From positions 1-64,000 of the forward strand of contig NGBS01000890.1 in NCBI GenBank assembly GCA_002245135.1: a DNA stretch of 64,000 bases, in the 5' to 3' direction. The number at the start of each line of letters is the position of its first letter. Position 1 is the first letter of the stretch. The stretch is from Proteromonas lacertae (lineage: Eukaryota). The notes under the pieces were generated by a model that ran no database searches, was not told the origin of the DNA, and saw only the letters and a list, made by a program, of their open reading frames with translations. Both the position numbers and the translations under genes were made by a program. Below, one piece after another: positions 52,768 to 64,000 of this stretch.

Positions 52768-53387
52768 ATGTCTTCAAGATTAGCGTATGACCAAATATTT
52801 ATAAATATTTATAGCGATACTGGAAGACGTGTAACTAGAATCGTATTGACTTAGTAGACTATTTAACATATAGAAAAATTCATTGGAAGATTCTCCATAT
52901 ATTGATGATTTAGTAGCCGAAAAAGAACAATTCTATAGTGTATCTATGAAAATGTTGTTAATTATTATAGGAAAGCACAGTTCGATTAGCTGCTGAAGAT
53001 AATCAATGGCAAAATCTAAAAAGAAGAAAAGAAAAAGTAAAAAATGATGTAGTTTTAGAAACATTGGCAGAACCAGACGATGTAGATATGTTGAGAGAGC
53101 AGAAACGATATTTATTACTAGAAGAAAAGCGAATTAAAGCATTAATAGATTATGAAAAAGCTTTGGCATATCAAAAACAAGAACATTATGAAGCAATCAA
53201 TGCAGAGAAGCATAGACGAGAAGATAAATTAAGAGAACAGCGAAACATGAAGTTAAAGAAAGCAGCTGAGAATAAGAAATTAAGACAGGAAATATTGAGA
53301 GAAAGATTAGCTGTTAAAGAAGATAATCCATTTGTATTAAGAACTGGAAAAGGTGTAATTGGTCCATTAGGAGGACATTTAGGTTAA
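52768..53387 (+). CDS. Small charged coiled-coil protein
   Basis: Short 5' exons (MSSRLA...) plus a 107-aa E/K/R-rich ORF. Confidence 0.65.
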
Positions 53388-53518
53388 ATATATATGAATA
53401 TAGCTGTGTAAAATAAATAATATAAAAAATTAGTCGTTTAATTTCTCATTTACCTATTTTTTTAACAAATAAAACAACAATAACAACAATTAATAATAAC
53501 GATATTAATAGTTAGTCT

Positions 53519-55378
53519 CTATACCATAGTATCAATAGTAATTGAAGGTAATACTTTCTTTGCTTCAACAAGTAGTCTATTTGATTGTTGAATATCACCT
53601 TTATCTCTCAAATAAGTATAATACCTTAACCATCCTTCTGGTACATTATTACACTTTTTAATATACAAATTAAACAATTTCTCAATCTTTTCATCATTTC
53701 TGTCTATATTTGATAATAATACGGTTATATATAGTGAAAATAAATTAGGTGAATATAAGGAAGGCAATGAATATGATATTATTTCATCCAATGCTTGTTG
53801 AGTCATATTATTTCCACCAATCATATTACACCATTCTAAAAATATTGGAACAATAAAATCAGGTTGTTTTACATTCATTAATAATTTAATAAAATATTTA
53901 TATATAATATTGTTATTTGATTCGTTGTTAAATTGTTTTATTAAATAACAACATATAGATTTTTGATAGTTTATATCATCTTTATAATTCTCAAATATTG
54001 TATTATATACAGCTAATATCTCATTTAATGGTTTATTTTGTTTTTGTAATAGTGAAATATATATTATATGAATTGATAAATCACTCTTTTCTGAATAAAA
54101 TGATAAGATATAATTCAATGCTTCTATTTATAATATAATATAATATATATATATTAAATATAAATACTTTCATAATCATTACATTCATTTATTAGATAAT
54201 ATAGATAACTGCATTTCAAATTATTATCATTCTCAATTTCATTTAATGCTGTTTCATATATTTCATTTATTTCTTTATTGTAATATTGAATCATTTTTTG
54301 TTATTCTGAACAACTGATAATGTCTTTAAAGTTTTTAAAAATGATATATAATATGAATATAAAAATGGTATATCCTATATATAATAATAATATAGATAAC
54401 TATACACTCAATTTTGATGTATATAAATCAACACATTCTTTGATATCTTTACTGTTTATTGATGAATTATGATGATATTTCCACATATATTGTATAGATT
54501 CAGATATACATTCAGGATATATATTAAATGGTGAATTATTCAATAAATAATCAGATATATAATCAGCTACTTCTGTTGCTTTCATTTCAACAGCTATTTT
54601 AAGTGTTTTTAATACAAACTTGGAATTAATGTTGAATATTTTTGAACCTTCTTCAAACACAACTTTGGGGATTTCACCACTGAAAAACTCTTTATTTTCA
54701 TCTTCTCCTTCTTCTTTTAATCCTAATATTTTTCTTCTTTCTTTTGTTTTGTGAATATATATTAATTCCATTCGAAAATATTCAACATATAAATACACAC
54801 TGTTTGAATTAATTCTTATGCTATTTTGTATGACTGTTCTTGCTGTTGTAATATTTCCATTCTCCATTGCCCACATTACTGCTTTTACTACGATGCTTTC
54901 ATTCCTTGGATGGATTGATAAGAATCTAAAGAATTATAATCTTTAAAAGGAGTATACGATGAAAAAACTGCTTCTATTGTTTTTATTCTATTTACAGATT
55001 TACAGTATTCTATATATTGATCCCATAAATCAAGATCATCGTGTAGAATTGTTGTTGCTCTTTGATATATGAATAATATTCTGGATATTATAGCATTATC
55101 TGATTTTAATGGGTTATCTACAGCGGCTTTCAGTTTCCTCATTTTTCGAAGCTTCTCTAGTTTCTTTTCATATTCAATTGCAGAGGTAAAGTCACTTTTA
55201 TTAGGTGGCCGTCTTAAAAACTTGAACTCAAAATCTCTGCGTCTTTTAATGATGGAATTTATTTCATTCTAAACAAGAATCTCAAAAGAAACAATACTTT
55301 AGTAAATATATGATGAGTTTCATATTCATCCAGAGATGCACTCATCTTTTCAAGAATTGGCTGAACTTTATCTCCCAT
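53519..55378 (-). CDS. UTP6: U3 snoRNA-associated protein 6 (HAT repeats)
   Basis: MGDKVQPILEKM...IFTKNEINSIIKRRRDFEF...AIEYE; DLDLWDQY; ARTVIQNSIR; EYFRMEL. Confidence 0.88.
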
Positions 55379-55496
55379 AGTCGTAGAGAAAACAAATAAA
55401 ATGTAATGAGGTAAAGTTCAAAATGTTGACACGTATTAGGTAAAATTACACGACTTTCTGTAATTTCCTTTTTCTCTTCATTTTCAAAACATATCA

Positions 55497-56254
55497 ATGT
55501 ACACTGCTATTGTAGCTTCTCTTTGTGTAGGAACATCATGGTTATTGGCTTTAAGCTCAATGTATTATACATTTTTTATAAAACATTAATTTGTAGTCCA
55601 ACAGCTCGATTCTTTTATAGAACCAAAACAACAGGGAAATACTCATCATTCCCATTCATTGCAATGTTCTTCAATTGCACCATTGCTTCAATATATGGAA
55701 TTTTAATTGATGATCTACCTCTCTTAATTACAAATTATCCATGTGCAATTATCTCAATTATTTATATGATGATGTATTGGAAGTATGCAGATGCAAAACC
55801 AAGAATAAAGTCAATCACTGTTGCATTTACTGCTTTAGCTGTTGTAGTAGGTCTTGGAGTACTTGCTGCATATATTCCAAAAGCATCAAGAGAAATGATG
55901 TTTGGTATAATCATGTGTTGTACTGGTATTATTATGTATGGTTCACCTTTGATTAAAATGTATGAAGTTATTCGTACAAGAACAACTAATGGAATGCCAT
56001 TCTATTTCAGTGTAGCTGATTTTATTTGCACTACAGTATGGATGATTTATGGAATTATGGTTATGAACATATTTATTATCATTCCAAATTCCATTGGCGC
56101 ATTATTGTCACTTATTCAATTGTCATTATTCACTTTATTTGGATCAAGATTGCATTTGATTGATTATCTTCCTCAATATCATTATCACAAAACTCCTTCA
56201 GGTCAACCGCTTGTAATCCCACCTAAAGCTACCGTTATAAAAGTAGAACATTAA
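55497..56254 (+). CDS. SWEET (MtN3/saliva) sugar transporter
   Basis: TKTTGKYSSFPF, MYGSPL, VIRTRTTNGMPF, WMIYG, IIIPNSIG, IQL; about 7 TM segments. Confidence 0.92.
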
Positions 56255-56276
56255 AATCTTTTAGTTTCTTTTTCAT

Positions 56277-56284
56277 TGTTTGTT
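56277..56284 (+). terminator. TGTTTGTT putative 3'-end processing element
   Basis: Exact motif 22 nt after the SWEET stop; also on the minus strand at 38578-38585 after the DyP stop; matches the element described for Blastocystis polyadenylation. Confidence 0.5.
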
Positions 56285-56429
56285 GTTTTATAAATCAAAT
56301 ATAGCATCTCCATATAATAATTTATTACATAAATAATAGAAGATTTCTTGAGTAAAACACAGTTTTTGTCAGTTTTTCAAATCTATTTTGAATTAAAATC
56401 TATTTTGAAAAATATCACACATCTTTGAA

Positions 56430-58701
56430 ATGTCAGTCTGGGTTATTATATTAATACTACTAATAATCGTCATTGGAATTGTATGACTATATTTATTACA
56501 TTGTTTGTTTTATTGTTTTGTTATAGGTTGCTATTTGTTTATATTGTCGTTGGAGACTGAAAATAAGGGCAGGATTGGATGAACCACTTCTTCCGACTAA
56601 AAGCAATTCAGGTAGAATAGATGTATAGTGAATAATATTATTCCTTAGTGGTTTGATTCAATCTTAGATAAAGAAGTCGGTTTCAAATCTCTGCAAGATC
56701 ATTATGCATATGTACCTTTCACCACTGAGTATATTTTTATATATTTATCTCATTCAACATAAATAGTGATAAAAAGTTATATTGGTTAATAGCACAAGAT
56801 CAAATGTATTATTACTGTGCACAGAATCTATTGGATCAAATCACACTGCCCAATCAGACCATCTATTATGATCTAAAATCATCAGCATCAGAGCTATTCC
56901 TCCGTTCGATCAGATTATTCTGTGATGATACATTGATCACCGATTATTCAATCATTTCCCTACCAAAACTACTGAGATCTCCCTTATGGGAATGTTACTT
57001 AACAACAGTAATAAAACACAAACCAAATAAATCATTGAAGATTAAAAGTAATATGGATTTATTATCTGAAGATTTAACACGTTCTAAGAGTACACAAGAC
57101 AAGAAGAGTTTAGTTAAAGAGATAATTGAAGGTTGGGCTAATGATTATCCTCATTTTCAATATACACAAGGTATGGATTTATTAGCAACTGTTGTGTTAG
57201 AAGCATTTGAGAATTATATGCCAAAAGCAAAGAAGTTCTTTTATATCTTTTTTTTTAAGTTGAAATTCAAAATTTGTTCGATTTTCCTTAATTTTTTTTG
57301 TAAATTCCATATTAACGTATTATCTACCATGCGCATTTATTCCACACGATAATACCTACTTAATAAACAGATTTAGAAGTCTAATTACACTGTTACATTA
57401 TCATGATCCATTATTATACAAGTATCTGAAGGATATGGATATATCTGCTCCATTGTACGCTATACCGTGGTTTATGACAATCTATTCAGATTGTTTATCA
57501 ATTAATAATACAATGCATTTGTTTGATATATTATTATCACTTAAAGATCCTCTCTTCCCAGTCTTTTTCGGTGTTTCTACATTGGTTTTACATCGTAATA
57601 AATTAATGACTGTATATTATATATATATATATATATATATATTATTTAAAATAGTTCAGTTTTGATAGAACAATGTTATATTTTACAGAATTAAATCAAA
57701 AGATTTTAGATCAACAATTTACACAAACCTTGAATTTTTCATTACAACTATATAGAACAGTATATTTATTTATTTTTTTTAATAATAGACTCCTCGTTCA
57801 TTCATTGAGAGTTTAACCAATGAAGCTTCATCACTGTATGAACAATTGAAATCCGCAGAGAATACAGTAATTCAAAGTCCACAAACACCAGATTCAACAG
57901 ATGAAATAGGTACTGAATTTGATGATGAGATATATTATATAACACCATTTGTTACACGTGAAGAAGTAATGAAATTGAAAAGAGAAGGTAAAGATATTGT
58001 TGTGTTTGATGTATATATAATTATTAATTTAATTTAATTATTTGTTATTATAGTTGAGAGATTGTATTGAAGAAGAGTTTGAATTATTAAGTAAATCGTT
58101 AGTTGGTATTGATACACATCATGTATTTATTTATAAATATTTATTATTATTATTATTATTATTATAGTTGCCTTATACAATATTCGTTCCTTCACAACAA
58201 CAAAAACAACAAAATTATGAAAATTATAAACTTCAATTAGATGTATGTGAAGAAATAGAAACTAATAGAACACAACATCAAAATGCTAATAATGCTAATA
58301 ATGCTAATAATAATAGTAATGTCCCTTCTATTCTACAAAGGTTTACTCGTACTATAAGTAGTGGAAGTAATGACTTAGGTGGAGGTGGAAATGGTGGTGG
58401 AAATAATGCCATTGTCAATTTCTTCGCTGGAATTGTTGATTTCGGTAAGAAAGGTGATATGTTAGTGGAAATAATGAAGGAAAAGAGTAATTGTATTGGT
58501 GATGTAGATATTAAAGATATTAAAACGTTGAAGAAGTATTTGAGGTATTATAATGTGTTGATTATTGATTCATCGTATATATATTATATTATGATTATAT
58601 GATTTTATTTTTTAAATAGTGTACAAAGAGATATTATTGATAATATTGTGAAGATGTTTCATCGCAATGCATTTAATAGAATTTTAGTGTATCAGCTGTA
58701 A
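56430..58701 (+). CDS. TBC (Rab-GAP) domain protein with rhodanese-like C-terminus and hydrophobic N-terminus
   Basis: LRSPLW, EDLTRS, QYTQGMD, HDP.LY, YAIPWFMT, HLFD; VVFDLR downstream. Confidence 0.8.
57243..57303 (+). other. U12-type intron with non-canonical acceptor (AT-AA at 57303 or AT-TG at 57300)
   Basis: ATATCTTT 5' site and TTCCTTAAT branch site; the TBC frame resumes (SILTYYLPCAF) only with these acceptors. Confidence 0.75.
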
Positions 58702-58816
58702 AAACTGGAATTCTATTAGTTTATTTAATTTTTCACTTATATTTTTGTTATTTTAATATGGGCATAATAGATAAAACCAAAGAATATATATATATGTATG
58801 TAATTATAAATTAAGC

Positions 58817-60189
58817 TTAATTGTTGAGAGAAGCGAAGAGATTGTTGTGATACTGTTGTACATTCTCTATAAGACTTTCAAATTCTTTTACTCTGCTTTC
58901 TATTTCATTTTGATGCTGTAAATTCATATCTTCCAACTATTCATATTATATATATATATATATATTATACATTTTTATTGAGTATTGCAATAGCATTCTC
59001 AAGTTTATTAATCTTTATTTCATTCTCATCAGATATACTCTTCATAGTGTTGTATCTTTCATTCACTTTCTCTAATTCAATTATTCTCTTTTGTCTTTCT
59101 TCTTTTCCACTTTTTCTCATTTCATTCAAATTCTCAGATTTTATTTTAATAGCTCTTTCTAATCTTTTCTTTTCATTTTCAAAATTTTTATTTTCTTTTT
59201 CACATTCTTCTATTTCATCCTGTTTTGATTGGATTAATTCAGACACTCTTGTAGCTTCGGATCCTTGCTCTTTAATATCTTTTAATGTTTTTACTAGCAT
59301 TTCAATCTCTTTACTATTTTTAATTATGGAAGAATTCACTCCTTTTATCATTGTTACTTCTTTTTCTATTTCTCTTGCTTCAGATCTGGCTATTCCAACT
59401 TTATTTTGCATTAAATCCATTTCTTCATTTAATTTTTCAGGATTTGATATTATATTACTTCTTAATTCTTCTATTTCATGTTCATAGTCATTTACTTCTT
59501 TTTTTAATTCTTCTAATGAATTTTTCTTTATTTCTATATTCTTTTCTATTCCATGTTTTTTGTTTTTCATTTTTGGAACTTCACTTTGATATTGATTTAA
59601 TGAATCTTCTGTTTCCTTAATCTGTGTTTCTAAACTACTAATTTCTTTTCTTTCTGATTGTTTCTGAGTTTCTGCTTCCTGAACTTTTTCTATTAATTCT
59701 TTTGATTCTTTAAAACACTTTTCTTTTTGTGAATTAATATTGAATATTTCTTCTACTCTATCTGCAAATACACTACTTTTTTCATCATAATATTTTAAGA
59801 AGTTTATAATTGCACTTAACTGAATAATTAATCTCTTTGATTCTGGATTTATTAAATCAAGCATTGAAAAATCTTTGATTCCAACAATACGCATAAATTT
59901 AAAACTATACGAATGAAAATAATTTAATATACATTTTTGAATGAAATCTAGCTTGAGGAATTGCAGCTTTATGATCTTGACCATCATTTGCTAGTATTCC
60001 TAACCCAGAAAATTCTATATTATCTTCTTCTTGATCAGGATCTATACTCTGTATTATTGTTTTAAATATTTTTTCAACATATATTTGTTTTGGACTTTCA
60101 ATCACACTTCTATCCAAATCAGGTATAGTTTCTTGATAGCTTCTAACTATCTCATCTATTGAAAGAACTGGAAATAATAATCTTGGCAT
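58817..60189 (-). CDS. NUF2: Kinetochore protein NUF2
   Basis: FPVLSIDEIV, KFMRIVGIKDFSMLDLINPESKRLIIQLSAIINF, then a long coiled coil. Confidence 0.9.
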
Positions 60190-60437
60190 TTTAATGCTAT
60201 AAATTCAATTTTAAATTTGAATTTTTTTAAAACTGTCATATTTCAAATTTATTATGAACTTCTTAAATAAAAAGAATATGATTATTCTGTTTACACAGAT
60301 AAATTATACAAGTACCAAAGCATAGTTATGTACTATTATTTATTTAATAGTATGATAGCCTAAAATATTTTAAAAATTTTTGTTTCAGTTATATAATTAT
60401 TTCAGTTACAAGTTTTTTTGTTTAATCACTATTGAAA

Positions 60438-61365
60438 ATGAAAGATAATTATAATCAAATAAAGCTACAATCGACACAATCTATTTTTTTATCAGCATTA
60501 TTACCAGAAATAGACAGTGGTATGAAAATCTCTTCTATTCTTCTTAGACTCTACAGTGACAGATCAGTACATGATAAATTTTATTAACCTCTGGAAAGGA
60601 GCATTAACAGAAGGTGATCATCTTTACTTTTTGAGGACATTTCTTCAATTATGTCAAAATGAAAAGAATATTCCTTTGATTTTAAAGTACCAAGTGCCTA
60701 ACTATGTTATACATTCATATTCATCTATTGGCAGTGACGTTGAGTTAATTAATTATTCATTCTTGACTTTAGGTGAAGGATAACACCGAAAGTATACTTA
60801 TATTGGTTATATATTCATATCCATAGAAGTGCCGAAATATAAAGGGCTTTATAAAATACCTATAGAATATAGTTTTATGTTGTTATACGAGAATTATCAG
60901 TCTTGGAATATTCAAACACTTAAATTATTTATCCATTTAATAACTCTAACTATTAAATATCATGTTAGAGATGTAGAATCTATAGGAGAGATGGAAATTG
61001 ACATAATTAATTTAATTTTTCAACAAGAACCACTTACTGATATAGTTGAATTAGTAAATCAAATTTTACATTCAAAAAGTATAATATTTAACACTATTTG
61101 TATTAATATAATAGAATCTGATAATGTGATTGAGATTTTAAAGGACTATTATTTAATAGACAGTATACTATTAGCGGCAGTTAATTACAACTTTGACATG
61201 GCTTGTTGCAAAGAAATTATTGAGATAATAAGTTGCATAATAAAATTTGACTCAAGTTATGTCGAGTATTTGACTGAGAATTGTGGTGAGTGTTTAATAT
61301 ATGTTTATGGTATAATTAAAGATAATGAGCATCTTTTATCTATTTATAACTCAATTTTTAAGTAG
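60438..61365 (+). CDS. Hypothetical alpha-helical (ARM/HEAT-like) protein
   Basis: Three exons joined by short introns; amphipathic helical composition. Confidence 0.55.
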
Positions 61366-61589
61366 ATTTAGTTTACAAGTTTGATAGGTTTTTAGTCTAG
61401 TTGTATATAAGTAATATTGTACATTTATATATTCATACTATTAATAAGTTTTATTCTATACTTTTCTCTTGAATTGTGTTTTTTGGTATAAAGAAACGAA
61501 TATTTTTTTGTTAAACATTCAAGCTCATAGGTTTGAGAATATTTTTTTCTTTTTGAATTTTTTAGATTCAAAAAAAGGATATCAGAGGA

Positions 61590-64000
61590 ATGGGCAGTTG
61601 TCAATCTCAAGAACCTGTAGAACAACGACCTTTAGCTATATCAATAGACACAAGACAGCTTCTTCGAAATGAACTTCCTATAAGTCCTTTTGCCAATAGA
61701 AATATGAGTATACACACAAGTGATTTACAGCCATTAACATTTCAGATTCGAATTAATAGAATAAAAGTATTTGAAAAGATACTTATTTGTATAGGTGAGG
61801 AATCTTCAATATAAAAATGGCAACATGAATTTACGAATTAAATGGCCAGGAAGAAAAGACTATGAAGTATTTACTTATTTAATGAGAAAATATAGACTGA
61901 AGAAGTAATTGCAGCATCTACATATACATGGAAAGATGATGTTACATTTACATATGTTGCTGAAGAAGGATTGAAAACATTAAGTCGTATATTATTAAGT
62001 GATTTAATTCTTAATTAGAAGAGTCAATAGAAATAGAATATTTAAATCATTCTAAAGTAATTGGCACAGCAAAAATAAGTTTATTTCACATAGCAGATGG
62101 TCCATTCACTGTAGTATTAGAATTTATATCAAATGCTGTAAGAAACAAACAAGGTCAGATGGAGGCGTATAATTTATTGTTAATCTTCAATAGTAAAGTA
62201 GTAGGAAATGTCACATTCGTATGTGTAATGGAACAAATCGATAAATGGGAAATGATAGTGAAATCTGCTTCAGCTTTGCTTAGTTCTAATGTAAATGTTA
62301 ATACTTCTATTTCAAATACAGAATCTAGATCATACTTTTTAGTTTTTATATCTAGAACTGAGAAAGAAGAAGATGATATACTGTATATTTTAATATTAAT
62401 TTTCTTTTTCTAGATATCATTCAAATCCTCATCATTTACCAGTGATTGATTCAGATCCACAATTACCCTCTGCACAGAATAGTAAGTCAAGAATTGAATG
62501 GAATGAAAATGAGTTAAAACCAATCAATATTACAACTACATTTAGAGAATGGAGAGATATAGTAATAAAAATACAATTGAGATATTTTACAGTATAATAA
62601 TAATATTTTTTTTACTTTTTCTTATTATTTATTTACTTAATAGAATGATAAAGATAGAAATGAAAGAGATAGTATATATCATGGTGAAGCATATTTAACA
62701 ATCGATAAAGCCATCAACTGCTGTAGAAAATCACCAGAATCAACTTCCATTATCAATATCCCATTACATTATAACGATTGTAATTGTGGTACAATATCAA
62801 TAAAAGTGAAAATTAATAATATTCCAAAGGTAAGTCAGAATTTATCAGGCGTTTTATTGAAAGATGGAATATCAATAAAATCACCAGTTATTGTTCCACC
62901 ATCTACTAAAGCTGGTAAAACTAGAAAAAAAGAGAAAAAAGAAGTAATGCCAAGTCGAATTGATAAATTAAATGAATTGTATATTATTTATTTATTTATT
63001 TTATTAATAGAGTTACAATTTTTCAAAATAATTTATTATCATCAAAAGCAGTATCAGTTAAACAACAATTAAACACTTTAGAAGATATAAAAACACTATT
63101 AAAAGAGACTGAAAAGGACAGTATAATAACATACATTTATCCATCCAAATCAATACTATTAGAAGCACAATATCAATTTTTAAAAATCTACAAAATCCTG
63201 TTTGATGTAGTTGATGAATTAGATTATCCTTTAAAATGCAGTGTTTTAGATATATTAATATTAATCGATTCACGAGGTGAATTAAGTGATTTAACTTTAC
63301 TAGGATTTGATATTGTCAATCCAGACGTTAATCCATCTGACGAAGATTTAGCATTCTGTTTAGCGAAGAGAGATTTAGATGTAAAAACATTACTATATGT
63401 TACACAGAAAGTATGTCAATTAGGTATAAGTACTCGTTTATTAAAGTCTTGTTCACATATTATAGCAATGTCAATGTATCGATTACCGTTTTGGGGCGAA
63501 TATATTTTCAAAGCAGTGAAGAAATATAAAGAGAATTTACCTGATTGGATGAAATTAGAAACGGCTAGATTTGTAGATTCATTAAAATCCGCCAATAGTG
63601 TTGAAGAACATGATGAAGTGGATCAATTAATAGAAACAATCAATTGGAAATTAGTAGATAAGAAATTAACAATGAAATATCCAACTGATATAGAAAATCA
63701 GAATAAGTTGATTAATGAAGATAATAATCCTTGTATAAATCAGATTAGTAAGTATGGAAGATTATATTTTTCAGTATATAATGAATGGTTAAATTGTACA
63801 TTTGATATGTTGAAGAATATGTATAGTGACATTCAGTGGAGTAGAATTGTAGGATATAAAACCTTTTTAAAATCATTTTTTGTTCAATTAAGGTTAAGAG
63901 ATATTTCAACATTTCCAGATTCAATGTTAGCTGTGTCAAAGTCATTATTAGTGAATAGAACGTTATTGTCTTTATTTATTAATGCGATAATGTCAAAGAC
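61590..64000 (+). CDS. Putative N-acylated C2-domain protein (3' partial)
   Basis: Starts MGSCQS (myristoylation/palmitoylation-like); beta-rich C2-like exons (VIGTAKISLFHIADGP) followed by a helical region running off the window. Confidence 0.6.

Noticed and set aside
2847..59620. Many short antisense or alternate-frame ORFs in the track (e.g. 2847, 27182, 30073, 40511, 50990, 58978)
   Set aside because: Shadow ORFs opposite well-supported genes, with F/L/I-rich composition expected from the reverse of A-rich coding DNA
61571..61582. Perfect U12 donor ATATCCTTTTTT on the minus strand
   Set aside because: It lies just upstream of a plus-strand ATG, has no convincing branch site or acceptor downstream, and no credible minus-strand gene surrounds it
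1..64000. Genes whose stop codon is created by polyadenylation
   Set aside because: Every gene I could trace to its end has a genomic stop; cannot be shown without transcript ends
1..64000. Prokaryotic defence systems, CRISPR arrays, rRNA or tRNA genes
   Set aside because: The sequence is spliceosomal-intron-rich eukaryotic DNA and no such structures were visible by eye

Overview
Very AT-rich, gene-dense eukaryotic nuclear DNA with about 30 protein-coding loci, intergenic gaps often under 300 bp and many very short (~25-40 nt) GT-AG introns. This architecture, the minor-spliceosome introns, TGTTTGTT-like 3' elements and a large Ig-repeat surface protein suggest a low-GC Blastocystis-like gut stramenopile (inference). 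Recognisable genes include an Old Yellow Enzyme, PIG-S-like protein, ACSBG-type acyl-CoA ligase, DUSP12/YVH1, two tandem RBX1-like genes, an NTPDase, a hAT-transposase-derived gene, PAN2, two tandem voltage-sensor/adenylyl-cyclase fusions, two kinase-LRR fusions plus a remnant, a PA14/Ig surface protein, a DyP-like protein, a head-to-head glyoxylate reductase/aminotransferase pair, KDSR, STEEP1-DUF167, a divergent Hsp70/110, UTP6, SWEET, a TBC-rhodanese protein and NUF2. Main observations: (1) four AT-type U12 introns, two with non-canonical 3' ends; (2) a recurrent variable-spacer inverted-repeat upstream element TCAARC..GYTTGA and a second motif TGAAACGA; (3) probable pseudo-enzymes (DyP lacking its distal Asp/Arg, cyclases with Arg->Gln); (4) an unrecognised 5x ~48-aa repeat protein; (5) frameshifts that look like collapsed heterozygous synonymous SNPs. 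All calls are by eye from motifs and no database search was run.
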